A DNA stretch of 64,000 nucleotides from Gekko japonicus (Eukaryota), in the NCBI RefSeq assembly GCF_001447785.1, contig NW_015172560.1:371240-435239 (forward strand). The letters are read 5' to 3'. Both the position numbers and the translations under genes were made by a program. This document shows positions 37,507-50,824 of this stretch, piece by piece. The number at the start of each line of letters is the position of its first letter. Position 1 is the stretch's first letter. The notes under the pieces were generated by a model. That model ran no database searches. It saw only the letters and a program-made list of their open reading frames with translations, and was not told the DNA's origin.

Positions 37507-39226
37507 CTTTTTATTATTATTATTAAAGTAAGCATAACATGTGAGGGAGAGAAAAAAACAGTCATAATATGCAAAAATAGAAATCTGAATTTAAGAACTT
37601 TTATAATGCGATTCCCGTAATCTAAGAATTAATGCACAAAACCCAGCGACTGAATGTGTAATCTCTGCATTCTTATCTGATAGGAGCCAGTGAAGCCTTG
37701 CTTTGTTTGTATTAATGTGCCCAGGTGTCCTATCGACTAATGGGGTAATAATTTTAAGACGAGCCTCTCTGTAAAATGGACAGCTGAAGAACATGTGCTC
37801 TACCTATTCAACCTCGGTTAAAAGGCATCGGCATAGCCTTTCAGAGTAGGGTTTTTTGTTGTACTGCCTTGAATAACTGCAGATGGAAGGGCAGAACATC
37901 TAGCTAGGGCAAATGCCCTTCTAGAATTCTTTCCCTCCACTGAAGTCAAATATATTGCCGGCTCAATGGTGCTTTTGATATTTAACAGCACCCTGAGTTT
38001 GGAAGCCTTAGAGATTTCAGATGACACTCAATATCCTCAACGCTTTGTTTAATTAGCCCTTTGGCTTGTTCAAATCCATAGGATAAGAGTAGCTGAGGTG
38101 AGAAGCCAATTCTATGAATATGATAATGAACTGCCCGGATCCAACTGGATTGGAAATCATCCTGGAATATCAGGGGAAGTAAGCCTTGTGAATTGAAATG
38201 TCCTTTCAGCCACATATAGATGGATAGACTATATACCCTAGCTTCGATTCTAAGATACCCAGACTCTAGTCGTATCCAAGCATTGGATACACATTTAGGA
38301 ACTTGCAGAACAACTCTCAAAAATTTGGACTAAATTCTTTCTTGCGGTGTAAAGCATGAGGAAGGCGGTCCTAAGAATGTTCCATAGAGCAGTTGTGCCA
38401 ATGTTTTGGCCTTATATAACTTCAGGACTGCAGGAACGAAGTGTTCACCATGAGTTCGAAAACATTTCAGTATGGCATTTGCAGATCTTTCCCCTAGATC
38501 GGCAACGTATTTGCTGTGCTTAACCCTAGAACCAGAGGCCTGTAACTACGCCCAGGTATTTAAAACTATCAACTTGTTCTATCTGGTGGCCGTTTATTGC
38601 CCAATTCCTGGGTTTTGATCTACTCCCAAAGGCTACAATTTTAGTTTTTTGATAGTTAATTGTGAAAAGCTCATCTTCACAAAACATGCTGAACTTCCTT
38701 AGGGCTCGCCTAAGACCAACTGAGGTTTGAGATAATATCACAGCATCATTGGCATACAGTAAAACAGATATATGCCGGTTAGCAAGTTTAGGGGGATGAA
38801 GATCAGAGGTGTCATGCCAATTTACTATATTATTAATATAAAAAATGAACAAAGCTGGAGCTAATAGACATCCTTGCCTGACACCTCTGAAGGTTTTAAT
38901 AGGATCAGTAAGATGGCCAGATCTACTACATCTGACTCTTAGAAAGTATGATCATGCAGGGCCTCTAGTAGAAAAAGGAGTCCTTTATCAATATTTGAGT
39001 TTAAAAGCTTATTCCAGAGCCGAGGTCTAGAAATAGAATCAAAGGCAGATTTGAGATCGACAAATGCAGCATATACTGAAGTTGCTCCCCTGGCTGAGTA
39101 TTTCTCAATAAGGTGCTGTAATGTCAGTCAGTGATCAAGTGTAGACCTCCCTGGTCTGAAGCTTGCCTGTTCAATAACCAAACTGTTTTCTTGTTCTAGC
39201 CAATCTAAACATTTGTTTAATAAATA
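37507..39226 (-). mobile_element. RTE-X-like LINE, 5'-truncated
   Basis: RT motifs LLYAND, INYQKTK, IEQVDSFKYLGV; C-terminal FALARCSALP and HMFFSCPFY; (TAA)n tail; TSD gatatgcaggg at 37496-37506 and 39517-39527. Confidence 0.8.
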
Positions 39227-39234
39227 TCCGATAT

Positions 39235-39510
39235 TTTGTTGTTGTTGTTCAGTCGCACAGTCGAGTCCGACTCTTCGCGACCCCATGGACCAGATCACAC
39301 CAGGCCTTCCAGTCTTCCGCCGTCCTCTGAAGTTTGCTCAACTTCATGTTCGTTGCATCTATGACACTGTCTAACCATCTCATCCTTTGCTGCCCCTGTC
39401 TTCTTTGACCTTCAATCTTTCCCAGCATCAGGGTCTTCTCCAGTGAGTGCTCCCTTCTCATTTCATGGCCAAAGTATTTGAGCTTCAGTTTCATTATCTG
39501 GCCTTATATC
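39235..39510 (-). mobile_element. BovB (RTE) LINE 3' fragment
   Basis: LKLKYFGH.MRR.SLEKTLMLGKIEG.RR.G.QRMRWLD...VHGVAKSRTRL is diagnostic; (CAA)n tail; TSD tccgatat. Confidence 0.93.
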
Positions 39511-41689
39511 ATGTCCGATATGCAGGGTTACAAAATGCTGCATCCTAGGACCAGTGTGTCTACAGTGTGATTCTTGCTAAATTGAGGCTGATATGATTGT
39601 GCAGTATTTTACAAACAAACAATGGACTTCTGCGGATAAGATCCATGGATCCATCCCATTGCAGACATTAAACTAGAAGCAGAGAAAGAAGGAACGAAAG
39701 TTACTCGGCTTGCTCTTCTTCTGCTATATGGTTGTAATTGGCTGTCAGCATTTCAGGTTTATAAACATTGATTCTAGTTTGGACTTGTTGTGTCTATTAA
39801 CAACAGTAAATATACTGTTAAAATAGTAAATAATACAGTTTGCATATATAGCATTTGGATCCAAATATGGGTTTCTAGATAAGATTTTTTTCAGACTAAT
39901 TAGCAGCAATTTATATTTTGAAAAAATCACAGCCACATAATTCTTTTCTTTCTGACTTATCTTCGTATTCTAAGGATGAAATATAAACTTCGGTTTAGGA
40001 CACTAGCTGAGGTTTTCTGAGTGTTCACTTCCCTAGTTCAGAACATTCAGAAAAATGAGCAATGATATTGGTCTGCATTTCTTAATTTAGCTACTAAAAC
40101 AAGAGAATGACTGCATTGTCTTCATTGGACAGCAGTAACTAGAACATTTCCTTTTTTTGTAAAGAAGAAATTCTCAGTGTGTATGGGCTAAATTATACCA
40201 AAATATTCTAGACCAGATCATCATGATTACAGCCTGTTCCTGCACATAGTTACAGGAGATTTATGTGAGCACCACTGATTATTATGTACCTTGTTTAGCA
40301 GCTGAGAATGAAGGGTTGTACCAACCCAAGGTTTTGATGACCTCTGTAGCTGTACCCACAATATCAATAGTATCAGTGTTGCTGGTGAAAGAATTCTTGA
40401 GGTCCAGACAACAGAAGTGATAGGACGGAAGCATCTGGTGTTGATTTTTGTATCTTTGTATACTTTAGGTTGTAATTAAGTACCCTCTTGCTGCTTTCTA
40501 CTGAAAAGAATACAGGTATCCTCCTTTTTTGGCTTTCATCGCCAGATTTTTTTTAAATAAGAAATTATTTTTAATGGAGGAAATTATTAATTTTCAAGTA
40601 AGACAGCAAGTAATACATAAAATCTTGTTTTTAAATATATTCTGATTTATGAATCTATCAAGCTCTATTACCAATTAGTATAGGTGAGCACTGATTGTTT
40701 TATTACAATATTGCATTTAATACACCATTCTGGAACAATATTGATAGCATTTCATTTATGTTTGCTCTCTGTTGCTGTTGTGAAGTGATGGTGTCACAGA
40801 CTTTACTTTAATGGAATAGAATCTCGAACAAAGTATACCTGAGAATTTGCTTTTTTAAATTTTCAAATCTACAAGCATGTACTGCTCTTTACTGTTTCAT
40901 GTTTGTTCTCATTGTCCCAAGCTTGAGAAAGATAGCTTATAAACAAATGGCTTTATTCCCAAACTAAATCTTAGAATGAGAAGAACAAGAAGAACACCAT
41001 TTGAGACAAGTGTTCTTCAGGCCTTCAGAGGAAACAGATTAGATGATGTAATAAAGTCATGTTAGGTTCATGTAACTGGGTCTATATGAGGTAACCACCC
41101 TCTAATGCCCCTGTACACATAGGATGTGTGCTAATGTGAGGAAGGTGAATGCATGGGTGGTAAAATTAGCAGGATACGTAGAGGTGGGGTGTACTGTCAG
41201 GAGTGGTCTCATGCATGGCTTATATAAACACACATGTTGTGTACAAGGCTGCTACTTCTAGTCTGTGGAATAGGACATCTGACTATTAAATAGCAATGCA
41301 AAGGTTTATTGAAACATGTTAGATTTGTTTTAATGTAATTATCTTAGTAGGCATATGATTAGCCGGTTTTAAGGCAAGGCACATGAAAGCCCTATTCCAT
41401 TTACTCCTGTTCACATGAAAAACTAGCTGTTTGTATTCTGCTACAGATTTGGGAATGAGAGATTTTTTCCCTGCAACGACGCACCTAGTTTTTAGAGGAG
41501 GAAAACAGGAAAAAAAAATCTGAACCAAATAGTGTAATAAAATATTTAATAAACTATACAGAATAACATTTGAACCATGTAAAGTGAACAGCAGTCAACG
41601 GTGGCATTAAGAACCATTATCACTGTCATTAACAAATGGAGAAACTTAAAGGTTTGAATACTCATCATCGCTAGAGTCAGAATTTATGA

Positions 41690-43060
41690 CTGAAGCAGTC
41701 CCAAGTGAGCCAGCAGTGACTTCTCACCTTGCTACCTTGCTGCCACTCTTTGTGGCTCACCTAGAGCAGCGCTGAGTGAGCCAGCACAGTCTCCCCCCGC
41801 CACTCTCTGGGGGGTGGAGCAGACAGTGCTGACTTGCTGAGACCTGCTCCAAGTGAACCACAGAGGCCAGCGGGGGGATGGGGACTCTCCACTGGCTTGC
41901 CTGGAGCTACTTTGAGCGAGCCAGCAAAGACTTCTCCAGGCCCAGAGCCAGGAATTTCTAAGTCAGGGGGCATTTAAATTTATTGGGGGGCACTTGGCAC
42001 TGGCTAATTTAAATAACTTAATTATTCAAAGGTGGGAGGCAGAGCTGAGCCCTGCAGAAAAAAGGTAAGGGGGGAAGAGGAATTCTCGCCATTCAAAGGC
42101 GGGAGGCAGAGCTGAGCTCTGAAAATAAAAAGGGAAAAGGGGAGGAAAGAATGGAAGCAAAATCATGGGCTCCGAAGCCGAAGGAGGGATTGGGCAGTGC
42201 GGCACTTGCTTTGCCAGCTTGGGAATTGGAGGGATGAAGGCGGTCAGGGCTTGCCTTGCTGGCTGGCAAAAAACAAGAAAGAGTAGCAGCGTGGGATTGG
42301 AGGGCGGGAGGGCACGGGCCTTGCCTTGTCCAGAGAGAGCAGTGTGGGATTGGAGGGCACAGGGCTTGCCTTACCCAGAGAGAGTGGCAGGCAAGAAAGG
42401 GTGGCACAAGGCTTGCTGCTGGTGGTGACGAGTGCAATAAATAAAATTAAAAATTGGAAGTGGGGGGGGCTGGGCTGGGTGGGAAGTTGGGGGGTCTTGG
42501 TGATAAGTTGGGGGGCCAGGCCCCCAAAGGCTCCAATGTAGCTATGGGCCTGGAGTTCCCACCACTGCTCTCTGCAGCTCACCCAGTTCTGAGAGAGCTG
42601 CAGAGAACACAGTCTTCTCTCACAGGCTGCTGTGGCTCCACCACTGAGTCCAGCATAGCTCCTGGGCTTCCCCCCTCACTGTTGCTCTTTGTGGCTCACC
42701 TAGAGCAACTCTGAGTGAACCAGCACAGTCACCACTCTCTGTGGCTGACCTGGAGCAGCTCCAGGCAAGCCAGCACAGTCCCCCCCCACCTCTCTGCAGC
42801 TTGCTGGAGAGCTGGGGGGAGCAGCCTGTGCTGGTTTGCCAAGAGCCGCTCCAGGTGAATTGCAGAGATTAGCGGGGAGGGGGGGAGTCTACTGGCTCAC
42901 CTGGATCTACTTTGAGCAGGTCAGCAGAGACTCCCCCCCCACTCTCTGCAGCTTACCAAGTTCTGGGCAAGCTGTAGAGAACACAGTCTTCTTCCCAGGC
43001 TGCCACGGCTCCATTGCCAGGTCCAGGAAGGCTCCTAGGCTGCTGTGTTACTAGGAGGAG
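41690..43060. repeat. Degenerate ~60-bp minisatellite array, probably TE-internal
   Basis: Recurrent gtggctcacctagagcag...gccagcacagtctcccc units, split by the MITE at 41937-42552. Confidence 0.6.
41937..42552. mobile_element. hAT MITE, same family as 16162-16348
   Basis: caggcccagagccagga...gtcagggggcatttaaattt start; gtagctatgggcctg end; degenerate TSD. Confidence 0.75.
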
Positions 43061-43923
43061 CACAGCTCTCAGCCTGACATGCCAACGTCAGATGGAGTGC
43101 GGAACCCAGGCTGCCTTGCCACCAGAGGTAGGTTGTTTCTCTGTGCTTTTTTATTTTGGGAGGAATTTAACCCCCCTGTGTATTTTTTTAAACATTTCAG
43201 ATTTTTCTGCATACTTGGAGATTTCCCCAAGTGTGCAGAAAGATCTATTTAGGCTCAATGTGGCCCCAATCTGTGGAGTTACGTAACAGCTGATGGGGGC
43301 CATGGGTGTAGGGATCCCAGCCCCCTGGTCCGGGAGGGGGATCCCTCAATTTGGAGTGGGCTTCTCCATCCTCAAATGACATTTTTGGGGCACTTCCAGT
43401 AAAACCAGAAGTACCATCCCTGACATGATGATATCACTCCCGGGTCATACCGGAAATGTTGCACAGGGACACTCTGGTATTTGGGCAAATTCTATGGTTT
43501 TGAGGGCGAAAACCATAGCATTTCACCCAAGTACCAGAGTGTTCCTGTGCAATGTTTCCGGCACAATTACGTCACTTCCGGGTGATGTCATTGTGTCAGG
43601 GACAGTGTGTGATGTCTCCCCACCTTTGCAACAAAGAAGCTCTTTGTTTCCATGTGCCTGTTTTAAACTAATGTTTCTCCAGAGAGTGGGATAAAACCCT
43701 GTAACAGTGGTATTCCCACCCTGTGTTCACGAAAATTTATAAATAGCAAATAACTCTGTGTGTGTGTGAGTGAGTGTGTGTTTGTATTTATAACCTGTAT
43801 ATACACATGTAACCTGTAGTATATTGAAATTACACACATAAGTCACTGAGTTTTTACTCTTCAAACTACATAACATGGTAACTAGAATAGAATTCATTTT
43901 TCAGAATTTACAAATGTGATGGC

Positions 43924-44106
43924 TAGGGTTGCCAACTTTTACACTGATCCCTCTAGCTGTCTTGTTAATGTCAGTTTGATCTGCACACAATTATCAGGCA
44001 GTGTTATTTAACTTCATGCCATATAGAACCTCAATGGTCCATTTCTATTCATTAAATCTCTATTGAATGAACAGGACATTTCCCCCCTGTCTAGTTGGCA
44101 ACCTTA
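43924..44106. mobile_element. hAT MITE
   Basis: TIRs tagggttgccaact / agttggcaacctta; TSD gtgatggc / gtggtagc. Confidence 0.7.
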
Positions 44107-45269
44107 GTGGTAGCCTGCATTTTCTTTTACACTTCTTGTGTCCCTACTACAGACAGTGCTTTCAATAATGTGGAAAAACATGCTATCTGTACAGCTTCTA
44201 AATCACCTTTAAAGGTCATGATCTTGAAGGCATTTCAGAAAAAGCTTGTAATTAAGGGCTAAGGTGCAAAGATACTATACCATTTAATGATATTTATTAT
44301 ATTTATGACGAAATAAACGATATAGACAGAATCTCTCTGCTTCTAGTGTCTGTAACATTTTTAAAGTATTTGTTTGAGAATAGTGCTCAAAATACGGTAG
44401 AATATGGTGGTATGGCATCGCAGTTTTTCACTATCCTAGGATAACATCAGATCAATATTATGAAAGTCACTAAGAATATGTTTCGTGGTCACTTCACTCT
44501 GAATAAGGCTAGTTCGAAATAGACTCTGCTGAGCTCGGGGCCGTGGCTGCTGAAGAAAGATGAAGCTGTTTTGGGGGCAAGGCTGAATAAGAATGGGAAT
44601 AGCTGCCTTGGTCCTATTCTGTCTAGGCTGCCCAGGTCAGAGATGTTTTTGGAGCTGGGCCAGGGAGAAATAAACACTGCAGAAGCAAAAACTTGAATAG
44701 GCAGCTTTTGGGAGTTTCAGTTATTGTAGGGATAGGAAGCTGTCTGTTCAGCTGCCTGTGTCTGCAGGGCCTATCTCTTCCAGCCCCAACCCCATAAAAG
44801 GTTCTAGACTGAGGAAAGATAGAAGATGGAAATAAGCTTTGCTGGCCTTTCTCTGCCGTTGCAGTGATGAAGTGCACGCAATTTACACAAGAGTATCTGG
44901 AAACTATTTTTTTTGAAAAAAGAACTGTGATGGCTAATTTTAGATTACATTCATTAATGTTTTTGACTTAATTTATAGTACCTCTATTTTAGGTAATGAT
45001 TGATAACTGACTCACTGTAAGGATTTTAAGGTGTGAATATGTAATTTAAGCTTTTTAGCAAATAGTTTATTCAGCAATGATATATCTAAAGATGGTGAAT
45101 GGACCACAAGCTAAATTGAGCCTGGCCTAGATTGAATGAAACCATCCCACATCTTTCTTTTCCTCTTCTACTTCAAGCACTGATTTAAAGCAAGGCTGGG
45201 GTTCTATGTACTAACTCTTTGTATGACGTGTTTAGTGACGTGCAGACTCCTTTCATGGTTATTGTTGTT

Positions 45270-45445
45270 GAGGGTTACCTGTGCTAGTCCGTTGCAACAA
45301 ACATAAATAGGAATATTGTGGCAATGAAGTTTTCATTTTCGTGTGGGCTTTCATGGACTAGGACCACTTTGTCAGATGCATCAGCCCAGAATAAAAACTT
45401 GTAGTCCTGTAGGTTTTACAAGATTTCTGTTTATTGCTACAGACT
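45270..45445. mobile_element. Penelope-like element pseudo-LTR remnant, inverted arrangement
   Basis: gctttcatgga...ccactttgtcagatgcat followed by inverted aataaa...tagtc...gctacagact, typical of reptile Penelope termini. Confidence 0.7.
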
Positions 45446-46559
45446 TTGTTGTTCCCAATGTCTTTTAAAAAAAAGGTATTTAATTTTGTGGGTGGGAAGA
45501 AGAGACAAGCTCACTTTTCAAGGTGCAACCTTCTGCATCGTTTCATGAACCTAGGGGAAAGAAAGAAAGAGAAGGGAAGAAAGGAGGTAAAGAGGAAAAG
45601 GAGAGAAGGAAAGAAGGGAAAGTGACAGAAGAAAAGAGGGAAAGAAAGAGAGAGAAGGAAAGAAGGAGGAAAAGAGAAAGGAAGGACGGTGAGCCTGAGG
45701 CCTTCCCCGGGCCACAGTGCTCCAGAGCGGGCCCTGGGAGGCCAACGACGGGCCTCTTCAGGCCTCCCCTGGTCTGCAGTGCTTTGGCGCGGGAAGCTGG
45801 GGGCGGGGCTTGCCGCCACTGCCATTTGTGCCCGCTCCTGGGCTGCTGGAGCAGTGCTCTGGTGCGCTCCGGCCCCAAATGACCTCTGGATGAAACAATA
45901 AAAGGAACAGCATAGCCATCTTAGAACGGCTTTTATAGGACATTACAAACTTAGGGTGGAGCAGAATATACCTCCTCACAAATCTTCTTGTGCAATATCC
46001 TTCCACTGTTTTTATACAAGGTTTAGAGCTAGCTCTCAACAATAGATCAAAGGGGTGTGGGGTTACCTTAAATCAGTATTGGGGGGAAATAGCACTGGAT
46101 TCTTAGTAATCCCACTAGTCCTCCCCTTCCCTCAGTGAATTTAGTCCTGTGTCTCCACTGAGAATATCAGTGTGCAAACTGTACAGCCTGTAGTGAATAC
46201 ATGTAGACAGGGTGTGTGTACTAGGGGTGTGCAAAAAATAAATAAATAAATTCGGCCCATTCGGATTCGGCGGAATCAGGCAGAATCAATTTCGGCTGGC
46301 AGTAAGACTCCCACATGTCAGTTTCGTCAGTACCAGCCTATTCGGGAGTCTTTTGGGCCAGCTGAATGTCAATTTCAGCCCCATTATATCCTATGGGCCA
46401 TTGACGTCAATGGCGAAAACATAGGGTATATTCTGGGGGCTGGAGGGGAGGGGGCTTTTTCCCACCGTGTGCAATTGTATGAAGCGCCGCTGCCGAGTGC
46501 GCACCAAGGGGGAGCCAGGAGTACAGTACGGGGAACTGACTCGCCGCTCAGGAAGGCGC

Positions 46560-46664
46560 TGTTCAGGATGGTGCGTATTTTGCGGTATTCACTCCATAAG
46601 ACGCACACACTTCCCCCCCACTTTTTTTGGGGGGAAAGTGCGTCTTATGGAGTGAAAAATACGG
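46560..46664. mobile_element. Tc1/mariner-pogo (Tc2-like) MITE right end
   Basis: Palindrome actccataagacgcac...gtgcgtcttatggagt, terminus aaaatacgg followed by TA. Confidence 0.65.
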
Positions 46665-48765
46665 TAATTAGGATGTTTATATCACCCTGCAGTTTTCATT
46701 TTGTCCTTGAACATAGAATTATCCAATGCAGAAAAATCTTTTATAGGAAGTTTGTAAGAGTTACTAGATCACAAATGTTTTTATGTTTTCAGTCTGCCTA
46801 TGTATGCTAATACAAGTCTTTTGTGACCTGTTAGGAGTCTTAAAGAGGGTGGAGGAGAAACAATTTACAAAAAAGTCATGCTTGGTTTCCTGGAGATAAT
46901 GATTACTGAAGGTGAATGCACAAGTGACTATTTTACAGCTGAAATAGAAAAATGAAAAACATACAAGGAAATATCTTGCCCCAATCAAATCTGTATCTAC
47001 TGTAAAGCAATTTTTTCTTTCCTTTCTCTCTCTTTTTTCTGAACTTGAATGTACAGTTCAGCAGACAGATCATGATACAATAAATGTTATGGCAAAATAA
47101 AAAGAGATTAAGTGGGTTCATAGTGCAATGTCATTTTGAGTACAACTATATTGTGAACTTGTATTTTGTTTATAAAACTGACTTGCAGACAGGCAGCCTC
47201 ATGAGCAATGGATCAGTTACAGAAGCAATAAAAAGGCCACACAGAAGACTTGTGGTTTCTTCTTCTTCATTTCCTAAGTGTTCCCAAAGTACTTCTTTAT
47301 CCAATTGACCCTTCTTGGTTCTCCTTACACTCTTAATCCTAGGCATTTGCTCAGTTTGGTATGTCAAAATAAACAGAAGATATTTTTGTGCTTAACATTT
47401 ATACTGCTTATTGAATTTAAATAGAAATCCAATACCTGTCTGCCTGCACTGAGATACAGCATTTAGGGTAAATTTTCATCTGCATGCTTCTCACTATAAT
47501 GTATAATGGGCATGCTCTCTCATTTCTCCTACTTGACATTATAGAGTAGCACACAAGAATGCTACTCTATAGGTTTTTAATTTCATCATGGCAAAATTTT
47601 AAGACATCCTGCCATGGTGGAGAAACGGAAATTATTGAGAAGAAAATGTGTACATGAACATGTATGCATTGCTCATAACAAGTGTAATTACAGAGGTGAG
47701 TTGCAGGTAGGACTATCATGTCTGACCTTATCAAATAATTTTTTGCACCCCAAATATGATTAACCCACTTTAGCATGTTATTCTATAGAAAGTCCATGCT
47801 GGAAGACTTTATTATCTTGAAAGGTAGTCAGAATGTTTACATATCCAGAAAAAGGACAATGCATATACACCATAATTAGTCTCCATATTTTATTGTGAAT
47901 ATTTTTAAATAAAAGAATGTAAGGAAACAGGTTTGTAGTTCAACTTTTGACTGGACATCATCAAAAGCATTGTAAGGAATGCAAGCACTTTTGGCTGAGT
48001 GTGATTGTCATCTATTTGGACTGTAATGATGTTGAGTATTTGTAGCATGTTTTCATTGGATTTATACAGTGGTTATAATCCTACCATGAGATTTTATATG
48101 TTTTATATAACTAAATCCTATAAAAGGAGTTGTATTCAATTGGCCTTCTGCAAAAGTACAATGCATATATGATGACGGTTCTCTGCAAAATGTGTTTGAA
48201 AATTGGGAGCTATCCTTGGGAACATGTACTCTTTCTATTTTCCTTATCCCCTCTCTGGAGCCATTTGCATTTTTCCTTCTTTTTCCACTTTTAATCATGG
48301 CTTTCTAGTACATGTGACCTGGCAAACCATTGGTAACATGAGATAGATTCCTTCATATCTATGGTTTCAGTTTCTGGTATTTGAAAGGACCATGTTTTGT
48401 GATCAGTATTCATAAAACGAAATATCATGGTTAATAACTGGAAAGACAGAATTGGTCTGAATCAGAAAGGAGTTGGGGGAGGAGCATGTATTTCTGAGGC
48501 TAGCTTCAAATTGGCAAACTGTCTGCCATCACCTCCGTCTCATAGGCAGTCTTCTCCTTAGAACTGCCGGTATAGAAACACCTAAGTAATGGACATTCTC
48601 TGTGTTTAAGCCTCTTCCTCTGGAATGGCCTTTCCAACTGAGTGGGTATGGAAGGTGTCTTACAAAGGCCTGAAGACAGTTCTGTTTCAGGAGATATTTG
48701 AAGGAGGGTGAATTGTCTCAAACAATTATCTATTTGTAGTTTTTAAATCTGTGCATTGTTTTATT

Positions 48766-49165
48766 TAGAATCAGAGAATAATAGAGGTGGAAGGGACCTT
48801 CAGGGTCATCTAGTACAACCCCCTGCACAATGCAGGAAATTCATATATGCCCCCCTCCCACACCCCCAGTGACCCCTGTTCCATGCCCAGGATCCCTGGC
48901 TAAACTGGCTTGGATAAAATTTGGTTCCTGACCCCATAGTGATGATCAGCATTTCTTTGGGTGTGTAAGAAAGGACCACAAGAACTAAGCACTGATACAA
49001 CCGTTCCTGCTCTCCCTCTCGTTGCTGTCAGATGACCATCTAGCCTCTGTTTAAAAATTGCCAAAGATGGAGAGCCCACTGCCTCCAGAGGAAGCCTGTT
49101 CCACTGAGGAACCACTCTAACTGTCAGGAAGTTCTTCCTAATGTTTAGCCAAAAACACTTTTGTT
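48766..49165 (-). mobile_element. CR1 3' fragment
   Basis: VPQWNRLPLEAVGSPSLAIFKQRLD; tagaatca terminal repeat. Confidence 0.85.
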
Positions 49166-50008
49166 TACTTTTCTAGGGTGGTTTCCACAGTTAATGCTTG
49201 GTATATTGTTACATAATTGTGCTAATGAGGATAAAGGTTTACACTTGCAAATGGATTTGCAAAAATACAGTGTAGGATACACTAGCATTTTTGGATTATT
49301 TAAAGAAATCTAGAAAGAAATTTCATGTTGTGTTGTAATTTGGTCCTTTCATATTAGAAGAGCTTTGGTCTTATTTGCCTTCTCGTATGGAGTTTCTCAC
49401 TACATAGTGAAATGTGCACATGGTTGCTCCTGTAATGCAATTTTTAATCATTTTATTGTCCTAGCTTTGAAACAATTGTTAATTTTTAAAAAAAAGATTT
49501 TTATGGTATTGATAATTATTCTGACTTTTCTGACACCATTTCATTTTAACAGTGAAATAAAACAGATGCCAGAACTGATTTTCTGGGGATCTTAATACAG
49601 GTGTAGCAAAACTTCTGGCTGAAAAGACATTTGGGTCTTAACTGGATTGCAATTAGAAGCCTAAGCAGCATGGGTTCTTCTGTCCTTTTGTGGCTGTCTG
49701 TCATGAGATGATATACTTTTATAATTGCAGTATTATCCTGTAATGTAGCAATAAGCTGCTGTACCTATTATGATGTGAGCAGCTAATGAGAACCTCAGAT
49801 GAATAAAAAAAGGTAAAGTTTCTATAAAAAACTGGTTTATGGATTCGTTAAGCTCATTAAATATTATTTGGAGACCTTCAGATTGTCTTCTGAGAAGAGA
49901 CCTTAAACTGTAACTGCTATATCAGAAAAGAAAGTAGTGGATAAAAAAGGGGTTGTTGAAAGATCTGATAATATAATGAACTGAGAGAGTCATAGAAACT
50001 CCTTTACT

Positions 50009-50291
50009 GTTTGGTGTAGTGGTTAAATGTGCAGACTCTAATCTGGGAGAACCAGGTTTGATTTCCCACTCCTCCACTTGCACCTGGCTGGATGACCTTG
50101 GACAAGCTGTAGTTTTGATAAGAGCTGTTCTTGAAAAAAGAGCAGTTTCTTTCAAGAGCTCTCTCAGCCCCACCTACCTCACAGGGTGTCTGTTATGGGG
50201 AGGGGAAGGGAAAGGAGTTTGTAAGCTGCTCTGGGACCATTAGGTAGTGAAGGGCGGGGTATAAATCCAATCTCTTCTTCTTCTCTTCTTC
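50009..50291 (+). mobile_element. Squam3-type SINE
   Basis: gtttggtgtagtggttaa head, (CTT)n tail. Confidence 0.85.
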
Positions 50292-50824
50292 TTACTGGCA
50301 GGTTATGTCTGCAATTGCCATGACTTGTGTGTCCAAGGGCAGTTAGTGAGATCAACTGGGGTTAGCAGAAAGATCAGGGGAATGAGCTTCTTTTGCTTTT
50401 GAAACATTACCAGGTATGATGACACCCCACAAAAGACAATAGTATGCCCTGATCTCCTAAAATGCCTGCTTTAATATCTCCTATCAGCTTTCCAGAATGT
50501 TGAATTGCTGATGAAGACTGTACTGATCAAGTGCACGGTGTGCATTTGGTAGATATGTGCTAAAGACTTTGACTGTAATGTGTGCACTCATATTGAGTGG
50601 GCTTACTGTGCCTACTCATGGGTATCCACAGGACAGAGGCCATCTGGAAGAACTGAAATTATACACACTATCCTAACAGTGGAATGCCCCAGTGCTCTTT
50701 GTTCTGTCTCATGATCAGCTTATTCAACATATGCTCCTTTAGAAGCATTTGGATTAGAGGAGTTTGGTCACTGGTAAGCATTCTGGCTGAGCAGATATCA
50801 TCAGTGTGTATCATTATATATATA

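Noticed and set aside
50507-50545. Hammerhead core in the duplicated 151-bp segment (ctgatga)
   Set aside because: No GAAA after a stem II
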